DNA of 64,000 nucleotides from Candidatus Aminicenantes bacterium (GTDB lineage: Bacteria; Acidobacteriota; Aminicenantia; Aminicenantales; Aminicenantaceae): positions 607 to 64,606 of the forward strand of contig JAUVXM010000006.1 of the NCBI GenBank assembly GCA_030603565.1, read 5' to 3'. Position 1 is the first letter of the stretch. Each line of letters starts with the position of its first letter. The notes under the pieces were generated by a model, which searched no databases, was not told the origin of the DNA, and was given only the letters and a program-made list of their open reading frames with translations. This document shows, piece by piece, positions 9,637-19,376 of the stretch. The position numbers and the translations under genes were made by a program.

Positions 9637-10584
9637 CTATTTTCGGGTACTCTTTAGATATTTAAGAAATTCGCAATCAGTTGACAGCAGCAGCCAGGTT
9701 TTTTCATCCAAGATGGTCTTGTAAGTCTCGAGTGTCTTCATGAACTGGTAGAATTCCGGGTCAAGATTGTATGCTGAGGCATAGATTTTTGTAGCTTCCG
9801 CATCTGCTTTTCCTTTGATCTCCTGGGCTTTTCGGTAGGCTTTAGACTGGATTGTTTTTAATTCCCTTTCTTTTTGACCGCGAATCTCTGCACTGTTTCC
9901 GTCTCCTTCCGAGCGGTATTTTGCCGCAATCCGCTGTCTTTCAGCAATCATCCGGTCAAAGACTTTGTTCTGGACTTCTTCTACGTAATTGACTCTTTTA
10001 ATCTTAACATCCTTAAGTTCGATCCCGTATTCAGGCGTCACTATAGATGCTTTTTCCAGGATAATCTCTGAAATCTTTTCTCTACCTGTCTCAATTTTAA
10101 GCAAGTCTTCTTTTGTTTCAAGAAGCTCTTGAATCTCTTCTGTTATTTCAAATTCACGGTTTGTAGAACGTACGATCTCAATAAGATTATAATTGGCTAC
10201 AGTATTCCTGGTTTCACCGTCTATAATATCATCCAGCCTGGAATGGGCTCCTCTTTCATCCCTGACTCTTTGGAAGAAGGTAAGAGGTTCACTGATCCTC
10301 CAGCGGGCATAAGTGTCGACCCAGATATATTTTTTGTCCTTGGTTGGGATCTGGTTGGTATCTCCATTCCATTCCAGCCAGCGTTTTTCAAAGAAATTGG
10401 CTTTTTGGATAAAAGGCAATTTTATATGAAGCCCCGGGTTGTCAATTGTGCCCCCGACCGGATCTCCGAATTGAGTTATGATGACCTGATTGGTCTCCTT
10501 GACTACATAAAAAGTATCGGATAAAAGGATGAGCAAAAAGAATGCCGATACTGCAATAATTATATATTTTGTCTGCTTGCTCAT
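9637..10584 (-). CDS. hflC: FtsH protease modulator HflC
   Basis: N-terminal TM, SPFH domain, T.DKK.I.VD.YARWRI, RMIAER.RIA..YRSEG, DPEFYQF..TLETY. Confidence 0.93.
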   Translation of the reverse strand: MSKQTKYIIIAVSAFFLLILLSDTFYVVKETNQVIITQFGDPVGGTIDNPGLHIKLPFIQKANFFEKRWLEWNGDTNQIPTKDKKYIWVDTYARWRISEPLTFFQRVRDERGAHSRLDDIIDGETRNTVANYNLIEIVRSTNREFEITEEIQELLETKEDLLKIETGREKISEIILEKASIVTPEYGIELKDVKIKRVNYVEEVQNKVFDRMIAERQRIAAKYRSEGDGNSAEIRGQKERELKTIQSKAYRKAQEIKGKADAEATKIYASAYNLDPEFYQFMKTLETYKTILDEKTWLLLSTDCEFLKYLKSTRK

Positions 10585-11558
10585 TTTTTCACCTCCTCAC
10601 CCAGGTTTAAGAGAGGCAAGATATTTTTTTGCTTTTCATCGAATATTATTTTCTTATTGATCTTTGGGAGAACTTCAGTGATAGTTTCCAGGTAAAGACG
10701 TTTTCGTGTAACCAGGGGAGCGCGGGCATATTCACGGTATATTGCCCGGAAACGATTAGCATCACCTTTGGCATTATTGATCCTTTCTGTGGCATATCCT
10801 TCAGCGGCTTGTATTGCCTGGGCGGCTACTCCCCGGGCTTTTGGAACCTCCTGGTTGTATTCTGACCAAGCTTCATTGACTTTTCTTTCTTTTTCCTGCT
10901 GGGACTCATTGACTTCGTTGAATGATGGCTTGACAGGATCCGGTGGGTCGACATTCCGGAATATTAACTGGTTGACCTCGATCCCGATCTCATAGAGGTC
11001 GCATAGTTGCTGAAGATCTTCTTTAGCTTCCAGGGCGATACGGGAACGTCCGATTGTTATAACCTCATCTACTGAATTGTCACCTACGATTTTTCTTACT
11101 ATAGCTTCGTTCATGTATCGGAATGTACTGTCTACATCACGGATTTTAAATAAATAATTATAAGCGTCTTTGATCTTGTACTGGACGATCCACTCTGCTA
11201 CTACAACATTTAAATCTCCGGTCAACATAACAGATTCCCTTTTAGAATTAGTTGTAACCTGATATTGCGAGTCGATGCCTGGGGTTGTCGTCCGGAAGCC
11301 GAATTCCATCTTTAGCTGTCTCTGAACCGGCACCTTGGTAAGGGTTTCAATTCCAAACGGCAGCTTTAAGTGCAGGCCTGGGTCTGTGGTACGGACAAAC
11401 TTACCGAGCCGCAGGATAACTCCTATTTCTTCCGGGGCTACCTGATAGAACGAGCTGCCCACAAGAATGAGCACAACTACCGCAACAATCCCGATTTTGA
11501 CATACATGGGTTTGATCTTGGGTAGTTTTAATTCCATGGTCGGAAAATCATTAGCCAT
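10581..11558 (-). CDS. hflK: FtsH protease modulator HflK
   Basis: MLTGDLNVV.AEW.VQYKI, V.PP.PVK.SFNEV, Y..AP.VTRKRLYLET. Start moved to ATG 11558 after an AAGGAGG RBS. Confidence 0.93.
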   Translation of the reverse strand: MANDFPTMELKLPKIKPMYVKIGIVAVVVLILVGSSFYQVAPEEIGVILRLGKFVRTTDPGLHLKLPFGIETLTKVPVQRQLKMEFGFRTTTPGIDSQYQVTTNSKRESVMLTGDLNVVVAEWIVQYKIKDAYNYLFKIRDVDSTFRYMNEAIVRKIVGDNSVDEVITIGRSRIALEAKEDLQQLCDLYEIGIEVNQLIFRNVDPPDPVKPSFNEVNESQQEKERKVNEAWSEYNQEVPKARGVAAQAIQAAEGYATERINNAKGDANRFRAIYREYARAPLVTRKRLYLETITEVLPKINKKIIFDEKQKNILPLLNLGEEVKK

Positions 11559-11701
11559 TGATACCTCCTTTTTTAGGATGGTTAATGCTTTAATAGTAAC
11601 ATAGAAAGCAATATTAACCAAAAAATTATTTTATCTATGTATTCATTTATATTACTTGAGTTCATTTGAAATTATTCAAATATAACAATTTGTCATAGTA
11701 T

Positions 11702-12904
11702 TTAATCTTGGATAGAAGCAATGCTTTTATCCAATTCTGAAAGGTCAGTGTATTTAATTTTCATAGTGTCTGGGTCCAACACGTTGATATTTTTAACTCC
11801 GGCGCCGGTTATCACCAGGACTATCCGATCTGTGGAATTAAATTTCCTTTTTTTCTGCAGCTTCAACAACCCAGCTAAGGTTGTGGCAGAAGCCGGCAGG
11901 CAGAAAAGCCCCTCGAACCGGGCCAGAAGCTTCTGAGCTGCAAGTATCTCTTCGTCTGAAACAGCTATGACCATACCGTCAAGCTTGTGGATCAATTTTA
12001 AGACGATATTTCCCCCGGGAGGTTCCGGGTTGGTAATGGATTGAGCGACTGAGCTGGGCTTATTAATTCTTTTATATTTTGATTTTCCAGCAGCAAATGC
12101 CTGGGCAACAGGAGAGCTTCCCTTAGCTTGAACTCCCACAAAAGTCGGAATCCTTTGGATAAACTTTTTTTCTTTCAGCTCTTTAAAGCATTTTATAAGG
12201 CCTATCAGGTAGCCCCCGGAGCTGACAGGGACAAAAATGAACTGGGGATTTTTCTTCTTTAATTGTTCGTATATCTCAAAGCCGGTTACTTTATATCCTT
12301 CAATTCTGAACGGGTCGGTCGAGTTCATAAAATAAATGTTATGTTTTTTTCCGATTTTAAAACTTTTATGGGATAATTTCCCATAATCGCCTTTGACTTT
12401 TATGAGGTTAATCCCATGGATGCCGGCTGAGAGAAGTTTTTCCGTAGAAGTATCTTCTTTTGTAAAGACAAAGGTTTCCATCCCGGCTTTGGCTCCATAG
12501 GCGGCTGTAGAAATACCCATGTTACCGGTTGAGACTGTGCCGATCCTAGTGATTCCTAACGAAGCTGCAATCTGTACAGCAACGGCAGTACCGCGGTCCT
12601 TGAAACTGGCTGTAGGATTAATACTTTCATTTTTGGCATAGGTCTCAGGCAGGCCGAATTCCAGCATCAACCGGTTGAGTTTTTGTAGAGGGCTGTTACC
12701 TTCTCCCAGTTGAAGATCGGGATTGATAGTATCAAAAGGGAGAAAATCCCGGAATTTTTCCAAAGGATTTATCGCGTCAGAATGGATTATTCTTTTCTTT
12801 TTTTCATATGCAACAAGCAGCGGTTCCTTGCACTGTGGACAGAATTGTCGGAAAGGATTCAGAGGATACTTTTTATTACAGAAAATACATTCAAATTGAT
12901 TCAT
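11702..12904 (-). CDS. thrC: Threonine synthase with N-terminal zinc ribbon
   Basis: CIFC..CPQC, LGEGNSPL, KNES.NPTASFKDRG, STGN.G.S.AAY and VLVITGAG motifs. Confidence 0.85.
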   Translation of the reverse strand: MNQFECIFCNKKYPLNPFRQFCPQCKEPLLVAYEKKKRIIHSDAINPLEKFRDFLPFDTINPDLQLGEGNSPLQKLNRLMLEFGLPETYAKNESINPTASFKDRGTAVAVQIAASLGITRIGTVSTGNMGISTAAYGAKAGMETFVFTKEDTSTEKLLSAGIHGINLIKVKGDYGKLSHKSFKIGKKHNIYFMNSTDPFRIEGYKVTGFEIYEQLKKKNPQFIFVPVSSGGYLIGLIKCFKELKEKKFIQRIPTFVGVQAKGSSPVAQAFAAGKSKYKRINKPSSVAQSITNPEPPGGNIVLKLIHKLDGMVIAVSDEEILAAQKLLARFEGLFCLPASATTLAGLLKLQKKRKFNSTDRIVLVITGAGVKNINVLDPDTMKIKYTDLSELDKSIASIQD

Positions 12905-12973
12905 AAAATTTATTCTCCTAAATTAACTCATCAGCCTAAGCTGATAAATATAATTACATTGTTAACCTAAAAA

Positions 12974-13042
12974 TGTCAATAAAGCGTTAACCAGGAGCCC
13001 CCCCATTTTTTCTAAGCATCTGGACCTTAAGCAAGAATCAGG
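12974..13042 (-). repeat. Family B module (REP-like half-site plus TTGACA)
   Basis: GAGCCCCCCCCATTTTTTCTAAGCATCTGGACCTTAAGCAAGAATCAGG is the reverse-complement homologue of 17762-17810. Confidence 0.7.
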
Positions 13043-13058
13043 AAAATATAAAGAAAAA

Positions 13059-13347
13059 TAGAATTTTACGCTGAGGACACTGAGGACACGGATAAATGCT
13101 AGAAAACTTTAGACACGGATTTACGCGGATCTTCGCGGATAAAACTAAGATGTTGTTTTCTTTTGCCGATGAATCGTCAAAACAAAACAACCCTTCATCA
13201 CTTTGCTTCGCGAAGTAAGTTGAACTAAAGGTTTGCATTTTGTGCTCCAGCACAAATTGGAAAGAGCTTTTTGTTTTTTGGATACAAGCCAAAAAAGAAA
13301 AAGCTTCTGACTCTTATCCGTGTCAATCAGCGTCTATCCGTGTCTAA
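13059..13347. repeat. Family C multi-hairpin element with 10-nt periodic inverted arms, long copy
   Basis: Arms 13109-13142 and 13314-13347 are built of (GA)CACGGAT-like 10-mers, enclosing four hairpins. The first ~160 nt recur at 36117-36266. Confidence 0.8.
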
Positions 13348-13481
13348 TATTGCTTTTATAATATTTAGATTTTACTGCCTTTCCTATTTTCCACTATCTT
13401 TTTTCCCTCTGACCTGATTTTTTCCTGAGGCAGAAAAGTATAGAAAAAATTGGCCAATTACTGTAAATTTATATCAGTAGA

Positions 13482-13931
13482 ATGATGGAAAATGACGAAT
13501 ATTTCATGCGCCAAGCCCTTTGCGAGGCTAAAAAAGCCCTGGGAGAGGATGAAGTTCCGGTAGGCGCAGTACTGGTTAAAGAAAATAAAATACTCCACAG
13601 AGCTTATAACCAGACTATTCTAAAAAGCGACCCAACTGCCCATGCTGAAGTCCTTGCTATAAGAGTAGCCTGCCATACTTTTAATAATCACCGCCTTCCA
13701 GATTGTGACCTCTATGTGACTTTGGAGCCATGTGCCATGTGTCTGGGAGCCCTTATTCAGGCAAGGATCAAACGTCTGATATTCGGAGCATATGACCCTA
13801 AAGCCGGAGCAGTAAAGTCAATAATGCGGTTTCCTTTTGAAAAGACCAATCACCGCCTTGAAATAAAGGGTGGAATTTTGGAAGCGGAATGCGGTAAAAT
13901 CTTGAAAGATTTCTTCAAAGCTAAACGATGA
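13482..13931 (+). CDS. tadA: tRNA adenosine(34) deaminase
   Basis: EVPVGAV, DPTAHAE and LYVTLEPCAMC motifs. Confidence 0.95.
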   Translation: MMENDEYFMRQALCEAKKALGEDEVPVGAVLVKENKILHRAYNQTILKSDPTAHAEVLAIRVACHTFNNHRLPDCDLYVTLEPCAMCLGALIQARIKRLIFGAYDPKAGAVKSIMRFPFEKTNHRLEIKGGILEAECGKILKDFFKAKR

Positions 13932-13953
13932 GATTGTATTCCGAATAAGAAAC

Positions 13954-14042
13954 GGAGAGGTGGCCGAGTGGTTGAAGGCGGCGGTCTCGAAAATCGCTAT
14001 ACTGTGAATGCAGTATCGTGGGTTCGAATCCCACCCTCTCCG
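13954..14042 (+). tRNA. tRNA-Ser(CGA), CCA not encoded directly after the discriminator
   Basis: Acceptor GGAGAGG/CCTCTCC, anticodon arm GCGGT-CTCGAAA-ATCGC, long variable arm, GTTCGAATC T-loop. Confidence 0.95.
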
Positions 14043-14096
14043 TACCACTTTTGAAACCAGTTGGAAGTTTGCAGTCAGCTGTATTTAAGGTATAAA

Positions 14097-14151
14097 TATT
14101 ACAATTGCGCCTCACATCTACGGCAACCTCGACTCGTGAATAATTCAGGTT
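14097..14151 (-). repeat. Left-end fragment of family E element
   Basis: Reverse complement AACCTGAATTATTCACGAGTCGAGGTTGCCGTAGAT..AATTGTAATA matches 63628-63709. Confidence 0.7.
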
Positions 14152-14230
14152 AAATTTAGTCCTTTTTTTTTTGTTTTATTTTTGGTATATTTTAAAAAAC
14201 AAATCAACAATAAAAATAAGGAGTGAATAG

Positions 14231-14851
14231 ATGAAAGGAAATAAAAGCTGGATGTGGTTATTATTTTTTGGCTCTCTTTGGGGAATCAGTGAAGTTGCTG
14301 GGGGAGGAATTCTATATAGGATTAATATCTCCCATTCATCTATAATACTTTCCGCCTGGGCGTTTTTTATTCTGGCTGTTGCCCGGGGAATTATAAACAA
14401 ACCTGGTTCATCTGTTATGATTGGTACCATAGCAATGCTGTTTAAATTGATAAATGCCGCGCCTTTTATCTGCCATCTTTTAGGGATATTTATGCTCGGG
14501 GCAGCTTTTGATATTTTTGCATCTTTTTTAATGAAGAAAGAAACGAAAATTACCTGGCGCAGCATCCTTACAGGTTCAGTCAGTGCTTACAGCGGTTATG
14601 CCCTATTTGCCCTCACTATCACTTATATTATTCAGTATAAATACTGGATAGCAGGGGGGCTGCCCAAAGTCTTAAATCATATTTTTGCCTCCGGAAGTAT
14701 TGCTGCTTTACTCGCAGCTGTAGTTGTTCCCCTTGGATTTATGGTCGGATTGAAGAGTGAATCTTTAAGCTTCCGGAATCCCAGATGGCTATATGCCGGG
14801 ACTCTGGCGAGTATTGTGATATTCTGGATTGTAGGACAGTTCACCGGGTAA
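14231..14851 (+). CDS. Polytopic membrane protein of unknown function (ECF S-component-like size and topology)
   Basis: 206 aa, about 6 hydrophobic segments, FGSLWGISE motif, AAGGAG RBS. Confidence 0.7.
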   Translation: MKGNKSWMWLLFFGSLWGISEVAGGGILYRINISHSSIILSAWAFFILAVARGIINKPGSSVMIGTIAMLFKLINAAPFICHLLGIFMLGAAFDIFASFLMKKETKITWRSILTGSVSAYSGYALFALTITYIIQYKYWIAGGLPKVLNHIFASGSIAALLAAVVVPLGFMVGLKSESLSFRNPRWLYAGTLASIVIFWIVGQFTG

Positions 14852-16154
14852 GTGCTTTATGGCACGGCCTCAATAGATATATATTGGCTAGAATCCGGCC
14901 TGAGACCAAAGCGATGGCAGCGCTTACTGCCCCGACCAATCCCAGAATATTAATCGTAAAATAAAGCAGACAGATAATAGTTGTAACTTCAATAGCAGTA
15001 GCGATTGTGACTGGAGTTGTCCGTTTATTTGTCACCAGTATCCCCCGTTGAAATGCAATTAAAACACTAAGACCAGGGATAAGAGTCAATATTTTTGTAG
15101 GAGTAATGGCAAAACGGCTGAGCTGTAAAGAAAGACCCGATATTTTTTGGAACCAGAGAAAAGAAAGAGGCGTAAACGCCAGTATAGCTAATGCAAGGAT
15201 AACTACTGAGCCTAAAATCGCTGAAAAGTTGCGGAGCTGTTTGTAGCCTTCATTGTGTTCACCTAAAAGAGCAATTCCTACTTCCTGAAATGATAAACCC
15301 AGGCTGCGGAAAATAAACACCAGCGAGTTGATAACCGGCAAAACTGCTAAAGATTCTATGGGCATGCGGCTGTGCCCTAAAAAGAAAGTCACCAGCGGGT
15401 ACACTCCTAAGCTTAATATGGATGTAAGTGCTAATGGGTAATAGAAACGGCTGATATATCTGTAGGAGATAGGTTTTTCTTGCAGGAGAGTACCCCGATC
15501 TTTTTTTAAATTAGCTACTGATTTTTGAGCCATAAATTTAATTGCAACTGCTTCAGCTGTAACACCTAGGGAAAGAGCCAGGCTGCCGACTACAGATCCA
15601 GGAAAACTAAAAAATATATAGCAGAAAATCGCAACAGTCGACATAGTCGAAAGCCTTACTACTGTGCCTAAAGCTACCCGGCGGGTTAGATTGCTGCGGA
15701 TGAGAATTCCCTGATAGAAGCGGCGGTATCCGATTGCACTCGGCCAGGGAAGCAGGATTATGCAGGCCGGATGGGTGAGCCGTGTGATATTTTCCGGCAG
15801 CCCGATCAAACCCATGGTGATAAAATTAAAAACCGGGGGAAGTAAAAAAAGAACCATAACAAATGTTATTGCCGCATTCAGGATATATGTGAAGTTTCTC
15901 AACTTGATAAAAGAATCCCTGTTTTTCGCCAGGGCAGTAGATGCACTCATTATCATTATTATGGGTGATTCAATCAGAACGGCAAAAGAAAATGCTACTC
16001 CATATGCTGCTAAGTTATATTTGGGCTCTGCCAGACGTGCGATAATAGCTGCAAGGAAAGGGCCCTCGGCAGCCATCATAAGCCAGGTAGAAGCTAGAGG
16101 AATCCAGAAGAGAAAAATTTTTTTATAGGATAGTTCTTTGTAAGTATTCAACAT
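14841..16154 (-). CDS. MATE/MOP-fold transporter, ANKH-like
   Basis: About 12 TM in two repeats (FWIPLASTW / FYYPLALTS); RRFYQGILIR and FQRGILV motifs. Confidence 0.7.
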   Translation of the reverse strand: MLNTYKELSYKKIFLFWIPLASTWLMMAAEGPFLAAIIARLAEPKYNLAAYGVAFSFAVLIESPIIMIMSASTALAKNRDSFIKLRNFTYILNAAITFVMVLFLLPPVFNFITMGLIGLPENITRLTHPACIILLPWPSAIGYRRFYQGILIRSNLTRRVALGTVVRLSTMSTVAIFCYIFFSFPGSVVGSLALSLGVTAEAVAIKFMAQKSVANLKKDRGTLLQEKPISYRYISRFYYPLALTSILSLGVYPLVTFFLGHSRMPIESLAVLPVINSLVFIFRSLGLSFQEVGIALLGEHNEGYKQLRNFSAILGSVVILALAILAFTPLSFLWFQKISGLSLQLSRFAITPTKILTLIPGLSVLIAFQRGILVTNKRTTPVTIATAIEVTTIICLLYFTINILGLVGAVSAAIALVSGRILANIYLLRPCHKALTR

Positions 16155-16292
16155 AATATTTTTTAAGGACAGTAATTTTTCGGAACCGGTATTATAGGAT
16201 TTTATAAAAATAAATCAATATCAGGACAAATGTTCCTGCTATTAATACAAGCCCGACTATATTTTTTAAAAAGTATTTCCATTTAGTCATTT

Positions 16293-17477
16293 TTATGAAT
16301 AATCCAGGTTAACTATCTTCCCGACAAATTTATCCAATTTACGCCGTCCTTTGATGGTAAGATTCAGTACTACTCCTACTGGGCAGAAAAAGCGGCAGAA
16401 AAACCTTGTAAACACAAAAGAGCCGAGAATAACAACTGGAAGGATAAACCACTGAATTTCAATTCCTTCAAGCCCGAAAAGAACAGGAAAGGGTTCGTAT
16501 GCCCCTAAGACTGGTTTTGTGGTTAAAAAAATCAAAATAAGAGCCAGCCAGGTGAGGAAACGGCTCATATATTTTGTAATTTTTAATATCCTGGAGTTTA
16601 AACGGACATTGATCCCACTGATACGGGAGTTTAGCTCCTGAAGGTTTCCAAAAGGGCACAAGCCATAACAGTAAAGATTTCTTTTAAGCAGAAAAGCTGT
16701 CATAAGAGTACCTATAACTAAGATCCACCAGAAGGTATGGATTCTTACTGGAGGAAAATACCCCAGCAGGAGTGAGCCAAAATGGGCGATTGAGAGGGAA
16801 GAATTTAGATAAAATCCAAGGAAAAAAAATGATGCCGCCATAGCGAAATATCGCAGTAATTTGTTTTTTAAGATTAATCCGGTCAAAAGGACTAGAAACA
16901 GTCCTAGAAGTAATATTTCATTCAACCCGAATTTCCATTCCGGTTTTTTCTCCAGGACATTGAGATTAAATATTTTTTTTGCTGTAGAATGTGAGCCCAT
17001 GCGAATAGCTTTTATAAATGCTTCTGAGGAGATTGTTGCCTGTGTTATTGTATCGATGTTTTCTTCAGGAAGAAAGGGGGAGGCTATATTTTTTTCTTTA
17101 AATTGTTCGAAAAATTCCTTTCTCTGAAGTTTATTAAAGAAGGAAGGGGTTTCTTTATGGCTTAATACAAGAACCTCATATACAGCTCCTTGCCTGTTTA
17201 TGGCAGTTGCTATCTGCAGAGGGCCGCCCCATCCCTGTGTTCCTGTGATCACATAATATCCGGAAAAAGAGTCCTTTCCTAAGGCTTGTGTTTCATATAT
17301 AAGCGGATTGTCACCGATTTTTATAAGTTCCCGCCCGGCAGAGATTTTTTCCTCCAGAATACGGAGTGTCTTGTGGTCGGTATTGATGTAGCCGATAACA
17401 TAGGCAGCGGCCAGAGATAGAAACGCCAGTGCTCTCATAATATTTTTAAATATGGATTTTTTCCGGCTTTGTTTCAT
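16293..17477 (-). CDS. FMN-binding and CxxxCP membrane protein (NosR/NirI/RdhC family)
   Basis: GWGGP, HKETP, flavinylation-like DTITQATISS, several TM, CYGLCPFG and CRFFCPVG. Confidence 0.85.
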   Translation of the reverse strand: MKQSRKKSIFKNIMRALAFLSLAAAYVIGYINTDHKTLRILEEKISAGRELIKIGDNPLIYETQALGKDSFSGYYVITGTQGWGGPLQIATAINRQGAVYEVLVLSHKETPSFFNKLQRKEFFEQFKEKNIASPFLPEENIDTITQATISSEAFIKAIRMGSHSTAKKIFNLNVLEKKPEWKFGLNEILLLGLFLVLLTGLILKNKLLRYFAMAASFFFLGFYLNSSLSIAHFGSLLLGYFPPVRIHTFWWILVIGTLMTAFLLKRNLYCYGLCPFGNLQELNSRISGINVRLNSRILKITKYMSRFLTWLALILIFLTTKPVLGAYEPFPVLFGLEGIEIQWFILPVVILGSFVFTRFFCRFFCPVGVVLNLTIKGRRKLDKFVGKIVNLDYS

Positions 17478-17659
17478 TTTCTTAAATCATTAAGAGTACA
17501 AAACTACGCCGGTAAAGACAAGAAAAAATCGAGCCCCCTAATATAATTATCAGGAAAACTGTTAAAAATGGAGGAACTACTGTCTCTCTCGGACTGTCGC
17601 AGACTTTACAGTTAAAGCAAATTCTGGTAATGTAAGCATCCCAACTTTTTTGAAAATCG

Positions 17660-17750
<91 letters not shown>

Positions 17751-17761
17751 TTCCCAATTGA

Positions 17762-17830
17762 CCTGATTCTTGCTTATAGCTCAGATGCTTATATAAAATT
17801 GGGGGAACTCTAGGTATTTTCCGCTTGATT
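17762..17830 (+). repeat. Family B module
   Basis: CCTGATTCTTGCTTATAGCTCAGATGCTTATATAAAATTGGGGGAACTC..TTGATT, homologous to 12974-13042 in the opposite orientation. Confidence 0.7.
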
Positions 17831-19223
17831 ATTTGTTGAAATCTTCGATTTTAGGGTATTTTTTAAAAAATTCTCTTGTGGTTGTTGCTACAGTTCCGCT
17901 TAAAAGTGCCAAGGCGACAAGATTGGGAAAGGCCATAAGTGCATTAGCAATATCACCCATATAAAAGACAAGTTCGAGAGAAATTACAGATCCTGTAAAG
18001 ACCAGCAGGACAAAGATCACCCGGTAGGGGTAAGTAATTTTTATTCCAAATAAGTATTTCATACACTGTTCGCCGTAATAATACCATCCTATAAGAGTAG
18101 AATAACCGAACAGAAAAGAGGAAACCGCCACTACAAGGCCCCCGATCAGGGGAATAGTACTGGAAAATGATGCTGCGGTCATTGCGGTTCCGTCAAGGCC
18201 GCTCTGCCACATTCCGGTGGAAAGGTTGATAAGTGCGGTTATTGTGCAGACGATTATTGTATCGATAAAGACCTCGCCTACACCGATAAGGCCTTGATGG
18301 ACTGGGGAAGGCGTCTGGGCAGCTGCATGGGCAATAGGAGCACTTCCCAGGCCGGCTTCATTGGTAAGGAGGCCCCGTCTGAAACCTATCTGGATAGCGC
18401 GTCTTACCACTGCTCCCATAAAACCGCCTATGGCGGCAGAAGGGGTAAATGCGTGTTTGAAAATTAAAGCAAAGACTCCAGGGACATGGGAGATATGCAT
18501 AAAAATCACTACGACCCCAAGAGTAAAATATATGATGATCATGGTAGGGACAAGTTTCTCAGCAACAGAGCCGATTCGCTTGATTCCGCCGATTATAACC
18601 AGGCCGACCAGAAATGTAATGATACTCCCTGTCAGTACTTTGGGGATTCCGAATTCACTGTTAAAAGCCAGGGCCATCTGATTGGACTGCATCATGTTAC
18701 CAGTGCCGAAAAGAGCGGCAAATGCCCCGCATACAGCAAAAGCTGCGGCTAAAATCCGAGCTAGTTTCGAGTTTTTAAGGCCGTTTTTTATGTAATACAT
18801 CGGTCCGCCGGCAATAGTACCGTCTGAGTATTTTTCTCTGTATTTGACACCTAAGAGCGCTTCTGAGTATTTGGTGGCCATTCCGACAAATCCGCATATC
18901 CACATCCAAAATATTGCTCCAGGGCCTCCGGTAAATAAAGCAGTGGCAACCCCCCCGATATTTCCATTACCAACGGTTGCTGCCAGGGCGGTTGACAGAG
19001 CGGCGAAAGGAGAAACATCACCATCCCGTTTTTTACCAGAAGATTTTCCCAGGAAACCACCGAATATAAGTTTTAGGCCAGCCCCCAAGCGTTTGAATTG
19101 AATAAATCCTGTCTTATAAGTCATCCAGGCGCCCACAAGAAAGAGTATAGGGACCATAATCTGCCAGATATTATCTGCTGTATTGGAAACCCATTGGGAA
19201 AGATTAATGTAGAAATCTTGCAT
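17829..19223 (-). CDS. Alanine/glycine:cation symporter (AGCS family)
   Basis: TALAATVGNGNI.GVA, GGPGAIFWMW, GGPMYY, NEAGLGSAPIAHAAA and FIDTIIVCT motifs. Confidence 0.95.
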   Translation of the reverse strand: MQDFYINLSQWVSNTADNIWQIMVPILFLVGAWMTYKTGFIQFKRLGAGLKLIFGGFLGKSSGKKRDGDVSPFAALSTALAATVGNGNIGGVATALFTGGPGAIFWMWICGFVGMATKYSEALLGVKYREKYSDGTIAGGPMYYIKNGLKNSKLARILAAAFAVCGAFAALFGTGNMMQSNQMALAFNSEFGIPKVLTGSIITFLVGLVIIGGIKRIGSVAEKLVPTMIIIYFTLGVVVIFMHISHVPGVFALIFKHAFTPSAAIGGFMGAVVRRAIQIGFRRGLLTNEAGLGSAPIAHAAAQTPSPVHQGLIGVGEVFIDTIIVCTITALINLSTGMWQSGLDGTAMTAASFSSTIPLIGGLVVAVSSFLFGYSTLIGWYYYGEQCMKYLFGIKITYPYRVIFVLLVFTGSVISLELVFYMGDIANALMAFPNLVALALLSGTVATTTREFFKKYPKIEDFNK

Positions 19224-19376
19224 AAAGTTTCTCCTTCATTATCTTAATGATAGCTTATAGCACAAAAAAAATGTTCATACAACCAAAAAGGGAATCAGGT
19301 AAATAAAGATTAAAAGGTGACAAAATCTACAGAAAGCATTAGAATAAAACTTCATAATAAGAGATAGGAGAAAATA

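Noticed and set aside
13059..13347. Possible CRISPR array from short recurring units
   Set aside because: Units are 10 nt, adjacent and inverted, with no unique spacers and no cas genes.
19224..19376. Glycine riboswitch upstream of the AGCS symporter
   Set aside because: Short AT-rich divergent spacer with no recognisable aptamer.
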